In this document: piece by piece, positions 21,150 to 34,273 of the stretch
How positions within the stretch are numbered: the stretch's first letter is position 1
Layout of the letters: each line of letters begins with the position of its first letter
DNA from: Chiloscyllium plagiosum
Taxonomy: Eukaryota
Assembly: GCF_004010195.1 (NCBI RefSeq)
Contig: NC_057711.1
Coordinates: 77,090,685 to 77,144,178 of the forward strand
DNA length: 53,494 nucleotides
Reading direction: 5' to 3'
The notes under the pieces: generated by a model
Seen by the model: only the letters and a program-made list of their open reading frames with translations
What the model was told of the DNA's origin: nothing
Databases searched by the model: none
Program-made: the position numbers and the translations under genes

Positions 21150-22830
21150 ATAGACTCATAGAGCTGAACAGCATGGAAACAAACCCTTCAGTCCAATTCG
21201 TCGATGCTGACCAAATATCTTAAATTAATCTAGTTCCATTTGCCAGCATTTAGCCCATATCCTTCTAAACCCTTCCTATTGATATAACCATTCGGATGCC
21301 TTTTAAATGCTGTCATTGTACCAGCCTCCACCACTTCCTCTGGGAGCTCATTCCATACACGTAATAACATCTGCATGGAAAAGTTGCCCCTTAGGTCCCT
21401 TTTAAATCATTCCCTTCTCAACTTAAACCTATGCCCACTAGTTTTGGACTCATATTACCCTGGGGGAAAGACCCTGGCTATTCACCCTATTTATGCCCCA
21501 CAACATCAACCACAACACGTACAACTTTGTCACGGCAGCCGCTGCAAGGCGTGTTAGAGTATCAACACGGATACCACCATTATACGTGGGAACACCACCC
21601 ACTATGTACGTGGCAGGTTCTCGTGTGAGTCAGCCAATGTTGTCTATCTCATACGCTGCAGGTAAGGATGCCTTGAGGCAAGGTAAATTGGCAAGACTGA
21701 GCAATGGATGAATGGACACTGCGCAACAATCATCAGGCAGGAGTGTTCACTTCAGTGGGGAACACTTCAATGGTCCTGGATATTCAGCCTCAGACCTTCA
21801 GGTGACCATCCTCCAAGGCAGACGTCAGGACAAGCAACAATGTAAAGTGGCCGAGCAGAAGCTGATAACCAATTTGAGGATGGCCTCAACCAGGACCTTG
21901 GGTTCATGTCACACTCCAGATGACCCCACTGCACTATACACTCTCTCACACTCAGACACACACACACACATGGACCTGCTCTCATACGCACACATGCACC
22001 CCCTCCGCCCCACACTCTCACCCACGCGTGCACCCTCTCACAGGCTTATACTTGAGCAAGCTCACACATATACTCTTTCACATGCACTTGCACTGTCACA
22101 CTCATACACACACACTCTGTCTCTCCTGCACATGCACACATATAAGTTTATGGGGTGAATTTGTATTTGCAGAATTATATTTTACTTTGCTCAAAAACTG
22201 CATAAATCCATGTAAGGTTCTTTAAGTCCCACTTTAGAAATAGAACCAGTCTGACCCAACATTGGGACAGAGACAGAGACAGAGTTTAACCTCGCGCCCT
22301 TAATGCACTGTCTGAGCTGAGATGGCACCTAATGTTAGAAAAGCCAAAAGCTATTTTGAGAATGTAACTTAAAAGGAGTCCTGGGATTTAAATACTAAAG
22401 AACTGGAAGTAGCATATCCCATTCTAAAAGATGAAAGACTTAATCTAAATTTATTTAATATATCATTACAGCTCCATGACACTGTAACTCTTTTGCTATA
22501 AGTTCTATGTCTTCTGATCTTATACTCCACAACCACCTGATGAAGGAGCAGTGCTTCAAAAGCTAGTGCTTCCAAATAAACCGGTTGGACTATAACCTGG
22601 TGTTGTATGATTCTTAACTTTGTCCACCCCAGTCCAACACCGGCTCCTCCAAATTATGCCCCACGTGACTTTACAAACTTCTGTAAAGTCACCCCTCAGC
22701 TTCTGACACTCTCGGGAAAATAACCCCAGCCTATTCAACCTCTCTCTATAGTTCAACTCTCCAACATTGGCAATATCTTTTAAAATCTTTTCTGAACCCA
22801 CTGAAGTTTCACAAGATACTTCCTATAGTT
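21150..22830 (-). mobile_element. CR1 LINE 3' end split by a Penelope insertion (pieces 21150-21501 and 22654-22830)
   Basis: Reverse-complement CR1 tail (ACTCATAGAG...CAGCATGGAAACA); ORF 22556-22801 LNYRERLNRLGLFSRECQKLRGDF. Confidence 0.9.
21502..22653 (+). mobile_element. 5'-truncated Penelope-like element (GIY-YIG and pLTR) with 11-bp TSD
   Basis: CHGSRCKAC / VRGRFSCESANVVYLIRCR.GC...IGKTEQ..MNGH / HFNGPGYSASDLQVTIL; CTGATGAAGGAGCAGTGCTTCAAAAGCTA at ~22538-22566; TTATGCCCCAC at 21491-21501 and 22654-22664. Confidence 0.93.
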
Positions 22831-23719
22831 AATATAAAACAAAAATAGTTTTTACTTTCCAAAACATTTTTTAAAATATAAGTGGTACATATATCCCAGT
22901 GGTAATATGCATAAAGTAAACACTTGAGCCTCTTCCAATGACTGCTTACAGCATATAGTTTTTCTCTCTAAGTCTCTATGTTAATGTCCCTACATCTAGA
23001 CTAGAAGGACTGGGTTCAAATCCCACCTGCCACTGATATTATACCATATATGATCAGGTTGATATTTTAAATATAACTTGTCTCCATTGCCAAGCATGGT
23101 GGTCACAGTTAAGCTCAAGTGTACATCCTCAAAGGCATTAACAACATGCATCTAAAAGGGATATAGTAATTTTGTCAGTCATTACATAGCTCAACAAATA
23201 GGACTTGTTGGCTAGTCTGAAGTAGCAGTAATAGGAATAATTCAGGTCCCAGGTAAGATGGTCTATACTTAGTCTTATCTTTCGAATTAAAAAAAAAATA
23301 ATGTTTCATCAATTCTTGCATGTGATTATTAAATTTACATTCAAGAGAAGTAAGTAACAGAGGGAATAGAAGCCAGCTTATTTAACTGATTCCCAATATA
23401 AGTCAATTGGTCTGGTGAATCTGCGTTGCATCTTCCAAGGCCAATGTGACTTTGTCATTTTTGTATTAGTCTCCTGCGAGACCCTCTGAAAATTTGGGTA
23501 TAGAGGATAACCCTCGATGACTTCATGCAATATAGTTATTCTTAACTGTAGAAATATGTATAAGAACAATGTTTAAAAAAAGTGACATAGCACACACCCA
23601 TTAGTATCCAATAAAACGTACTTTCAATCATTAAGGCCAAAACAATCTGACCATGACATTGTGTAGTGCAACAGCTAATTTGATGGTCATTTACTGTCAG
23701 TGATAATTATTGCCGATAG

Positions 23720-24815
23720 TAATAGTCCTTGATATCAAGCCACATTTGACTGAGTGAGGAGCCCGAGCAAAACTGAAGTCAAAGGGATTCAGGGGAAAGC
23801 TCTGCTGTTTGGAGTCACACCGAGCAAACAGGAAGGTGGTTGCAGTTATTGAATTTCTACTATCTCAATCCAAGGAAATCACTGCAGGAGTTTCTCAAGA
23901 CAGAAACTTCACACCAATCATCATCAGCTCCTTTATCAATCACGTTCCAACGTAAGATTAGAAGCGGGAGTGTTCGCCGATAATTGGACAATGTTCAATA
24001 CCATGCATCTGATCATAGATACTGAAGCAGTCCATGTCCAAATGCTGCAAGACCTGCATAATATCCAGTTTTAAACTGAATTACTGGCATAACATTTGTG
24101 CCATACAAGTGCTATCTTCAAGAAGTGGCATCCTGTTCCTGTGACACTCAATGTTTATTATCATTCAGTTCCCAACTATTATTCTGGAGGCTACCAGTGA
24201 CTGGAAACTGAACTAGCAGACCACTTAAATGATGTGAATATAATAGCAAGTCAAAATCTAGGAATTATGTAGTGAGCAACTCACCTCAATGTGAGTCTAT
24301 TAGCTCCATGGCATAAATCAGAACTTAAAGGAATACTCACCACTTGTCTAGATAGCTGCTGCTCCAACAACGTTCAAAAGGCTTGACACCATTCAGGACA
24401 AAGCATCACTCTTGATTGGCAGGTCAACCAGTTTTAACAATACCCGCCCTTCACGATTACAACATAATGGTAGCAGAATGCATGATTTACAAGATGCTTC
24501 ACAGTATCTCATCCAGGCTCCTTTGAAAGCACCTTCCAAACCCACAGCTTCTACTACCTAGAATAACAAGGGCCACAGATGTATGGGAACCTGAAAACTA
24601 CAAACTATGGGCCATTCTAACTTGGACCTATATCATTGTTCCTTTACAGTAGTTGAATAAAAATCCTGAAACTCTCTCCTTCACAGCACTAACAGATATC
24701 TCTATGTCCCATGAATGCAACGGTTAAACAAGTGAGTTCAACATCATTTTCTCACAAGCAATTAGGGATGAACAATAAATGCTGATCTACCCAATGACGT
24801 CCATATCAAATGAAA
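23720..24815 (+). mobile_element. Decayed L2/CR1-superfamily LINE RT and 3' end
   Basis: LDIKPHL.., ITAGVSQ.., VFADNWTMF (FADD), tail GCAATTAGGGATGAACAATAAATGCTG. Confidence 0.8.
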
Positions 24816-25254
24816 GAATTTTGAAAGATTTTAACTGGTTCCCACAATCAGAAAACAATTTTGCTCATGCTACTTAAAGAGTTGGCCAATGTCATGTTTC
24901 ACCAGTTTGGAGATAAATTAAATATCAGCAGGTTATTATCTTGTACCTACTCTCATCACATTTAATTGATAACAGGATGAGCGTAAATAGAAAGTGTACT
25001 TGAACAAATCTCATTTGTGCGATAATTTGAATCAAACTGTACTCAACACAAACTTTCAAAATAAATTAGAAAAGGTCCAGCTTATTAGTTGTTCAGCTTT
25101 AATTTCATATCTTCAATGCAAGAATAAAAAAAACAGTACCACGAAGAAAAATATGGTTTTTAAATGTTTCTAATAAAATTACAACAAACTATTGGAAGAA
25201 TAGGTAACAGGAATTTACCACCAAAGCCTTTCCCACCTCCATTGTGAAAGGTTA

Positions 25255-26180
25255 AGAAATCTGAGTGTTCAAAAGAATCAGAGAGTGCTTGTTAATGAGT
25301 CACTAAAGCTAGCATGCAGGTACCGGAAGCAATTAGAAAGACATTAATTTCATGGGGATTTGAGTACAAATGTTTTGCTGCAGTTATATAAGGATTCGCT
25401 AATACCTCCAATCAAGAGGTTCACCACATTAATCCCTGGTATAGCAGCATTATCTCATGAGGAGAGATTGAGGAAAATGGATCTGTATCATAGAATCCCT
25501 ACAGTGCAGAAAAAAGGCCAATCAGCCCAATATGGCTACATTGACGCTCCAAAGAACATCCCACCCAGACCCACCTTATCCCATAAACCCTAGTACACCA
25601 TGGCTAATCCACCCTGCATTTACCTGAACTGTGGGAGGAAACTGGAACACCCAGAGGAAACCCATGCAGATACAAGGAGAACATACAAATTCCACAGACA
25701 GTTACCCAAGACTGAAATCGAACCTTGGTCATTGGCACTGTGAGACAGCAGTGCTTACCACTGAGACGCCATGCTGCCCTCTACATTCTATATTCTCCAG
25801 AGTTTCAAGGAATGACAGGAGATCTCTGAAATTTATAAAATTCTGGCAGGGTATGATAGGGTGATGCATAGAGTGCTTCCCCAGCTGGTGTCGCTAAGCA
25901 ACAATGGCATAATCTCAGGATAAGGGGCATGCCATTTAAGTCTAACATGATGAGGAATTTCTTCACTCGGAGGACAATTAATCGTTGGAAATTTGATATT
26001 CCAGATAGTTGGGGAAGGTCAATCATTGAGCAGTTTCAAGACAGAAATCAATCGGCACCTGTTAACGGCAGTAAGGAGTATGGAGAGGTTGAGGGAAAAC
26101 AGCATTGAGATAATTAGCAACAATCTAGAATGATGGGGCAGGTGGCAGAGACTGAATCACCTACTCTTTTTCCTATGGTC
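25255..26180 (+). mobile_element. Old CR1-clade LINE 3' fragment interrupted by an HE1 SINE
   Basis: VLLQLYK...RFTTLIPGIAALSHEERLRKMDLY, resuming after ~25780. Confidence 0.8.
25488..25778 (-). mobile_element. HE1-type V-SINE (tRNA-derived, CR1-like tail)
   Basis: Minus strand GGGCAGCATGGCGTCTCAGTGGTAAGCACTGCTGTCTCACAG..GGTTCGATTTC (A/B boxes), V-domain CTGCATGGGTTTCCTCTGGGTGTTCCAGTTTCCTCCCACAG, tail CACTGTAGGGATTCTATG. Confidence 0.92.
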
Positions 26181-27267
26181 ACAGAACATTTTCAATATTA
26201 CCCATGCTTGTCATCAATATAATTAAGCCATTTTTCTTTCCTTGTCAACTGTAACAAAGTCAATCCTGTAAGTCACCTTAACATACATCTCTAAGTTCTG
26301 CAATCAGTCTCATCATTCTTTCCTAATAGTACAACCAAAGTTCTAAATGCTGTAAAATTCTTGCCAATCTTTAAGTAGTTTTAAATTAAATCGCCACCTC
26401 CGCTTTTGCCCATGTAAGTGACCTGTAATAACCAATAAAGCAGTTGGATTCAGCATCCAATTTTATTGTTGCTCTAAAATTTATTACATTTGCTTTAGTA
26501 CGATTTGTCATAGAAGATGTTGAGCAATAACCATTGCAGGTGCACACACGTCATTTACACAAAATATCAGTTCCAATTCTCAGATAAAAAAATTCTGAAT
26601 TTAAATGCATGCTGATTTTTGAAATAAAATTTCACCTGCTAATTAGAGGGGTTGAAGATGCATCTTTATCCTTTTTATTAGAGAATGTGCTTCCTTTGTT
26701 CTTTCAGGTTTTAGACAGTTACATTTTTATGTAAAGAGCATTCCTTTAAGAACTAATGGTGTAACAATTTTTCATCAAAAGATTTTACACATGCATCAGA
26801 AAACCCCAGTTCACTGTTCATTGTACTCATAAATATTTTATAGTCTTTGTTATGACTCATCTCAGTGGTGACTGTAGGCTCAGTCTTGCTGTACAGTTCA
26901 TCAACTTCCCAGCATGCTGTATAATGAATGTTTCACTTACACTGCTAATTGCCAAACAATGGTTCCTTCAACCTTTCACCTTTACGTTTCACAACATTAT
27001 CCCCAATTGCTGGTTTGGTTACACTTCAAATTTCAACTAGTAATGTATTAAATATTTAACTAATGTTATTATCTTTAATGCTGGTTACCTTTAAATAAAC
27101 CATTTAAAAGATAAATTTCCATCAAAATTATTCAAACTTTACTGCATTTAGAATTACATCACAAGAAGCAACACCTTAAAAGTTGGAAACAGAAAACTGT
27201 TGTGTGTACTGCCAGATGATAGGCAAAATATAATATAATGCAAGATTAAAACATGCAGTAATTCAAT

Positions 27268-27902
27268 TAGAGTCATAGAGATGTACAGCATGGAAACAGA
27301 CCCTTTGGTCCAACCCGTCCATGCCGACCAGATATCTCAACCCAATCTAGTCCCACATGCCAGCACTTGGCCCATATCCCTCCAAACCCTTCCTATTCAT
27401 ATACCCATCCAAATGCCTCTTAAGTGTTGCAATTGGACCAGCCTCCACCACATCCTCTGGCAGCTCATTCCATACACGTACCACCCTCTGCATGAAAAAG
27501 TTGCCCCTTAGGTCTCTTTTATATCTTTCCCCTCTCAACCTAAACCTATGCCCTCTAGTTCTGGATTCCCCGACCCCAGGGAAAAGACTTTGTCTATTTA
27601 TCCTATCCATGCTCCTCATAATTTTGTAAACCTCTACAAGGTCACCCCTCAACTCCAGGGAAAACAGCCCCAGCCTGTTCAGCCTCTCCCCATAGCTCAA
27701 ATCCTCCAACCCTGGCGACATCCTTAAATCTTTTCTGACCCCTTTCAAGTTTCACAACATCTTTCTGATAGGAAGGAGACCAGAATTGCACGCAATATTC
27801 CAACAGTGGCCTAACCAATGTCTATACAGCCGTAACATGACCTCCCAACTCCTGTACTCAATACTCTGACCTATAAAGGAAAGCATACCAAAAGCCTTCT
27901 TC
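27268..27902 (-). mobile_element. CR1 LINE 3' end, young
   Basis: ORF 27347-27748 LSYGERLNRLGLFSLE..RGDLVEVYKIMR...SRTRGHRFRL...NFFMQRVVRVWNELP. Confidence 0.95.
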
Positions 27903-27907
27903 AAGTC

Positions 27908-28427
27908 TAGTCATAGAGATGTACAGCATGGAATCAGATCCTTTGGTCCAACTGATCCTTGCCAACCAGATATCCTAAATTAATTTGTCCCATTTGCCAG
28001 CACTGGGCCCACAGCCCTCCAAACTCTTCCTATTCATACATCCATCCAGATGCCTTTTAAATGTTGTCATTGTACCAGCCTTTACCACTTACTCTGACAG
28101 CTCATTCCATACGTGCACTACCCTTTGCATAAAAAAAGTTTCCCCTTAGGTCCCTTTTAAATCTTTCCCTTCTCACCCTAAACCTATGCCCTCTAGTTCT
28201 GGACTCCCCCATCCCAGGGAAAATACCTTGTCCATTCATCCTATCCATGCCCCTCATGATTTTATAAACCTCTATAAAGGTCACCCTCAGCCTCCATTTA
28301 GCTCAAACTCTCCAACCCTGGCAACATCCTTCTAAATCGTTTCTGAACCCTTTCAAGTTTCGCAACATCATTCATATAGGAGGGAGACCAGAATGGCACA
28401 CAATATTCCAACAATTGCCTAACCAGT
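27908..28427 (-). mobile_element. Second CR1 LINE 3' end, tandem to the first
   Basis: Same tail AGTCATAGAGATGTACAGCATGGAA; ORF 28102-28284 EVYKIMRGMDR...SRTRGHRFRVR. Confidence 0.93.
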
Positions 28428-28753
28428 TGAGCAGGTTTATTGGCCTAAGCTATAAAAAAAAGATCAACTGAATGATGCCTGTGGCGTGGTGGTTCAAGTC
28501 CCACGGGCTCCGGGGTTGCATAACAACATCCTTGAACAGGTTGATTAGAAAAACAGGTTAAAGAAATCTACAATAATTTTGACTTAATCACTGTCACAAA
28601 TCTCTGCCAGACAATTGCTTCTCTTTACTATTTGAATGTGTGATTTACATTACAAAATAGCAACTTTCCTGGCAGTTAGAAGTGCAGCATGTTTCAGCAA
28701 CCCTATTCGGATTCACAGAGTGGCAGGTTGTGCTTTTCTTCATCCAACACCAT

Positions 28754-28792
28754 TACACACACACACACGCACACACACACGCACACACACAC
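28754..28792. repeat. (CA)n microsatellite
   Basis: Interrupted CA run; another occurs at ~13138-13158 inside a PLE. Confidence 0.9.
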
Positions 28793-28944
28793 TCAGGGAT
28801 GTTCCTTCAGAGGAAGCACTGAGCCAAAGCTTTCATCGTCTTATAAAGGAAGGACAATAAGAAAATATTCCTTGTAAACTGAAAAGCGTTGACACTGCTG
28901 GTTCCGGATAGATGTAAGCTGATAGAGACCAGATTCACTTTTTG

Positions 28945-29335
28945 TTTACAATTCATTCAGGGGTTGCGACTGTTGCTAACAAGCCCAGAAACTATTGCCC
29001 ATCCTTAAATGTGCTTAACTGACTGGCAGGCTTGACCATTTCAGACAATAATTAAGAATAGTACACGTTGTTAAGAGTCCAAAGGCACATGTGGACTAGA
29101 TTGCATAACAACAAGAGATTGCCTCCCTAAAGGAAACAAAAGTGAACCAGGTGGGATTTTATGACAAGCAGGTAATGAAATGGTCACATTTACTGAGACT
29201 TGCATTTTGTTCCAAATTCATATGTTTATGAATTTTATATTTCCATAGTGGGATTTCAAATTTGATCTCCCATCATTATTCTCAGCCTCTGGATTACTAC
29301 AGTCGAGTAGCTGGAGCACTATGCTAACATTTCCT
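28945..29335 (-). mobile_element. Old tRNA-derived SINE with L2-like tail (SacSINE1-like)
   Basis: Collinear with 38530-38855; head remnant GTGGGATTTCAAATT...CCTCTGGATTACTA...CACTATGCTA. Confidence 0.7.
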
Positions 29336-30169
29336 TAGTTAGGTTTAAAGGAACACTGCGGTTGATGCATAGTATACAGTAACTAGCAGATCCAGCACTT
29401 TCCCCAAGACCAATGTGACAAAGGAAAAAAGCTGCACCTGTTGATGTCTTTAAGTAAAGTACCATTCACAGTTGGTGTAGACTACAAAATCCAGAAAGGC
29501 AAATGTCAGAAACAAAAAGCACACGAAAAGATTTGCAGTGATAGACAAGCAAGTGCTTTCAACTTCAATGGCTTGTGTCACGTCAGAAAACAAATATAAT
29601 GAAGCAGCTAATAAATTACATCACATTTTGACCATAGGTTTATGGTGGCTAATAGCTTGTAAATAACCAGTTTGGAGGAGAGGCTGTAAATGTGGTTCCT
29701 CAAATATTAGAAACAATTTGTTGATTATTGTTAGTTCACTGTTTTGAACCAAGCAAATATAATGCCATTGAGCAGCATATACAACCCTTTGTCAAGTTTT
29801 TCTTTTAGTTAACTAAAGGTTGCATTTTCAGATTTATTATTCTGGTTTGCCAGTATTCTGCCCACTTCATCCCACTTACCACTTTCTCCAGCTGGCATGA
29901 AACCTGTGACCGGGTAAGAATCAGCCACCAAATAACCAATCTCCTTTAAACTGGAGTGAGGGCATGGGGGGGGGGGGGGGCAGTCCTCTAAAATCACAGT
30001 CATCTAGGTTGATGGTGTGAACAACACCTGCAGTTATTCAAAGGTTGCCTGAGTGAGGACTGTAAAGTTCAGTGAGGTCAGCCACACACTTGGCTGGGAC
30101 AGCATTTGTTTCTCACTTGTAAATAAATATCCCAAAGATAAACCAGAATTGAAGGGAAGGAAGAATTCA

Positions 30170-31870
30170 GGAATATCACAGTCAGCAGAGAAATGATACT
30201 GAACATATTTCTGGAGTTGCAGACTAACAAGTGACTGGGTCCTGATGGATTTCATCCAAGGGGTTTGGGGCCTGAGAAGTGGCTAGTGAGATTGTTCTAA
30301 ATTGAGATTGTTCTGAAGTTTCTGAAGGTCCCTTGATTTGGGTACACTCACATTAAACTGACGATAGTGAATATAACTCCTGTATTCAAAAAGGGAGACA
30401 GAAAGCATGGAACTATGGGCCAGTTAGCTTAATATCTTTCAAAGGGAACACATTAGAAGTTAATATTGAAATTATAGGAGGGCACTTGAATAAGTTCATG
30501 CCAATCACAGAGACAACATTATCTTGGTGAAGCCCATTTTACCAATCTATTGGAGTTCTTCAAAAAGGCAGCACTTGTTGTCAATAACGAGGAACTAGAG
30601 AATGTACTGTACTTAGATTTGCAGAAGGCATTTGATTAAGTGCCATATCAAAGATTATTGTGGAAAATAAACGGTCATTGTGTCGGGGGGGTGGGGGTGG
30701 GGAGGAGTGTAGTATATTGGCCTGGGTAGAAGATTGAATGGCAATCTGGAAGCAGTGAATAGGAATAAACAAGTCTTTTTGTGCCTGGCATTACATAATG
30801 AGTGGTGTGCCACAGGAATCAGTGTTAGGACCACAACTGTTTACAATTTAATTCAATAACTTGGAGGAAAGGATGGAAGGAATGCTTGCTAAGTGTGCTA
30901 TGACACAAAATACGTAGGAAAGTAAATTGTAAATAGAACATAAGGAAGCTACAACACAGTATAAAATTGAAAACAGAAAAAGAATCAGCAGGAAAACCAG
31001 CAGGTCTCACATCACCTATGAAGAGAAAGCAGTGTTAAGAAACCATCGAGTCTGGTGACTCTTTTGCAGAACTGATATAAGTAGGTAAGGTGAGGGAGCA
31101 AATATCTGGAAAATGGAGTAAAACATTGGAAATTGAGAAATAATCTGTTTTGGCAAGAAGACTAAAAAAGAAGCATATTATCTAAATCGTGACAGATTGC
31201 AAAGAGAGCTCTTAAGTGTTGAGGAATATGGGTGTTGCAGTGCAAGAATCACAATAGGTTAGTACTCAGATGCAACAAGTTATTGGGAACACTCAAAATG
31301 TATCAAGAAGGGAATGGAAAACAGAAGTATGGAAATTATGATTCCATTACATAGGGCTCTGGTGAAACCATCTCTCTAATACTGTTCACAGTATTAATCA
31401 CCTTACTTAAGGAAGGATGTCAATGCTTTGGAGGCAGTTCAGAGAAGGTTCACCAGACCAATATTTAGAAAGAGCAGTTCTCATGCAAGCAAAGGTTAAA
31501 CAGGCAAGTCTGTATCTACATTGACAAGAGTCAGACATAATGTCATTGAAAGATAATAAGATCCTCAGTACTCTTCACAGATTAGATGACACTCGGGGTC
31601 ACTGTGACAACAGAATTGCCAAGTTACAACAAGATGAGACATTTCTTCGCTCAGTCAGGAGTCTTGGAAGTTATCTTCCTCAAAAGGTGGTGGGATCAGA
31701 TTCCGTGAATATTTTAAGATAGAAAAAGGTAGATTCTTAAGTAAAGGGGCTGAGAAGTTACCATCATAGGCAGGTGTATAAATTTGAAGTTACGATCAGA
31801 TCAGCCACGATCATTCTGAATAGCAGAGCAGCACAAGGGGCTGAATGGCCTACTCCTTGTTTGTATGTAC
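30170..31870 (+). mobile_element. Decayed CR1-clade LINE ORF2 (RT) to 3' end
   Basis: Remnants NITPVFKK, NYGPVSLIS, LYLDLQKAFD, SGVPQESVLGPQLFTI; tail GGGGCTGAATGGCCTACTCCT. Confidence 0.85.
30965..31075 (-). mobile_element. Degenerate PLE pLTR mini-insertion inside CR1
   Basis: AAAACAGAAA...CCAGCAGGTCTCACATCACCTATGAAGAGAAAGCAGTGTTAA...GACTCTTTTGCAGAAC resembles the 8312-8410 arm. Confidence 0.55.
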
Positions 31871-31998
31871 TTATAAGGAAAAGCACATCTCTCCTGGCCC
31901 TCACTGAACCCCAATGAGCTCTAAACAAGCATCTGATAGACAACTAACAGCTGCTTCTGCACATAATTTTAAGGTACACAAAATCATCGTGGTGGAGC

Positions 31999-32053
31999 AC
32001 AATGATATCCTCAGAACAGGAAAGGATAACAATGATATTCTCAGAACAGAAAG
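31999..32053. repeat. Short tandem duplication, 30-bp period
   Basis: ACAATGATATCCTCAGAACAGGAAAG / ACAATGATATTCTCAGAACAGAAAG. Confidence 0.85.
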
Positions 32054-32924
32054 TCAGTGTCAGCCAGCCAAACTGATTCATGCTCATACTTGCAATACAT
32101 TTACATGCCATGACTAAGAAATAGTTTCTAATTATGACTTATCCTTAGGATTAATTTAACATAAGAATCATCATGGTACTGGGTCAAAATCATTTATAGG
32201 TGAGGTGATGGGATTTGAACCCATATTCCTACAGAATGGGGTTCTGAATTACTAGTCCACTGACATTACTACCATGCCACTACCTCTTCTAGGTTGTGAC
32301 CAAGGTGAACAGTTTTCCACTTTGAATACTGTTACAATACAGAACATGTTGAAAAGTTAGTGTTCATGCAAAAGCTATAGCGGTGGAAAGGGTTTAGCAT
32401 CCTGGATGTTATATTCTTATAAGAAGTTCAGATTGAATAGGTCAAGAAAAAATTGAAAGTTGGATCAAAGGCCTAAAGTATGTGGTTGGTGCTATCAGTG
32501 ATAAGGTCCTCACAGTCAAACGAGAGTGAAAGAGAAAACAGTCAAAGTCAATCAGGAGAAGTTGTATTCAGTATAGGGCCAAGTTCACAATCAGGGTTAG
32601 GCATTCAATGGCCTCATGTGGTGGCCCTACAGCAGCAGATAAAAGCATTGTGGAGAATAGTGGGAGGTTAAGGGTCAGAGTCCATCCAGGTGTTTAATTT
32701 TAAGGATCCATTAGATGGTCACAGGCTTGGGAACAGTGAGAGGCATGGCATGTGCACAGAAAAGATCTAGGATCCCAGGTGATTGTAGGAAGGAAAAGGT
32801 TCAAAGGTAACAGTAGGGAGAAGAAAAGTTATGTTGGGAGGGTCAAGGGTAATTGGACAAAATGTGAGGCATACAGGAGAAGAATCGAAGATAAAGATCG
32901 AAGGACTGTCACATGCACATTACT

Positions 32925-33330
32925 TAGGATTAGGTCATTGGAATTAGGAACAGGAGTATGCCACTCAACTCATTGAATCTACTCCACCATTCAGTATGCT
33001 CATGGCTGATTAAACACCTCAATGCCTTTTACCCATCCTATCAACATAACCCTGTATACCACTGGTGATCAGATCTCTGTGGTAGAGAATTCCAAAGGCT
33101 CACAACAATTTGTCTACATCTTAGACCTAAGTAGCATCCCTTATTTTCAAATGGTTCTATACTTCAGAACCAAGGGACAGATTTTACCTGCATCTGTCCT
33201 ATCCTTCCCTTTAAGCATATTGTAGGTTCCAAAGAGGTCACCTGTCATCTCCAGAGAACACAGGCTCAGTTTGCTCAATTTCTCTTCATAGGATGGTCTC
33301 GCCATCTAAGGAACAAGTCTGGTGACTTGG
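32925..33330 (-). mobile_element. Old CR1-clade LINE 3' end
   Basis: TAGGAACAGGAGTATGCCACTCAAC...CCACCATTCAGTATGCTCATGGCTGAT is the reverse complement of the tail type at 31790-31860. Confidence 0.75.
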
Positions 33331-33588
33331 TCAAATAGATTCTCAGAATATAATTTTGATTGAAGTGGGAGGAAGGTCATTTTGGGTAGGTGAAATTCAT
33401 CTTGCACGTACACAGCTTTCTGCAAACTAACGACAATTAGAAATTAAAGTTTTTGGCTCAACGCACAGGAGACATGTGGTGAAACCACCCATCAGCTGAC
33501 AATCCTGCAGCCAGCCAGAGCCAAAAGGAGCCTCCTGGTCAAACACAGGAGGTTCTGTATCAAACCAAAACTTTCCTGTCTAACTCCA

Positions 33589-34273
33589 CTGCCATCACCT
33601 TAAAACTTGATGATAGCACAAAATTAGCAGAAGTTTTTTCTTAAAAGTCAAATTTAAAATTTTGCCTGTAAATAATTCACATTACTCATGTGTGCATCAT
33701 TGCTCTTTATTGAGACTACTTAGTCAGAGAGCTGGTTGCACTGCTATACCTCAGTTAGCTAACATTGATGTGAAAGGGCAGGTGAGGCCTTTCCTTTGTG
33801 GTGGAAAGAACAATGTTGTGTCCTTTTCCTCACTCTTTAATGAGTTCATGCTGGTATGCAATGTTGTACTCATCACTCTAAAGGTAAAGTTGCCATAGTC
33901 CCAGGGCACCATAGGACTGCGCTCTCATTCAAGAGATGACTGATGGCAGTTTAACAAGAGGATCAGCATACCTCAAACACAGGGAAAAGTTGAGAAGGAG
34001 AATTGACTACATACATGAGTTAAATGTTACAATCTATGGTAACCTCAGCTGATGTGTGAATTGAACCCAAGCTGTTGGCATTGCTCTGCATTGCAAACCA
34101 ACCATCCAGCCAACACAGCCAACCAATCGTTGGAAAATAATATTACAGTAAATAAATGGTACATGACTGGTGTGAACCCAATGGGCCAAAGTGCATATTA
34201 CCATGTTGTAAACTATTATGACTCTAAGATTGTCTGGTATGCAAATCTATGACCAATATTAACCTGTTAACAG
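33589..34273 (+). repeat. Local duplication copy 1 (unassigned repeat, minus-strand tRNA-SINE, CR1-like tail)
   Basis: Collinear with 35609-36261 from CTGCCATCAC to CTGTTAA.AG; SINE at ~33880-34125 (GAATTGAACCC B-box reverse complement). Confidence 0.85.

Noticed and set aside
23378..23569. Minus-strand ORF with an apparent acceptor (tttctacag)
   Set aside because: Its end (KMQRRFTR) is a CR1/L2 motif and it has no donor before the stop; probably a LINE remnant.
25700..25778. tRNA-like A/B boxes (also ~22955-23030, 32200-32285, 34050-34125, 36050-36122)
   Set aside because: These are SINE heads, most continuous with SINE bodies; no complete cloverleaf.
29966..29980. Poly-G run (and G-tract at ~30685-30705) as a functional G-quadruplex
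   Set aside because: Simple homopolymer or low-complexity tracts, one inside a LINE; no supporting context.
31999..32053. Repeat-spacer-repeat pattern suggestive of CRISPR
   Set aside because: Only two units, a spacer of about 5 bp, and eukaryotic context; a simple tandem duplication.
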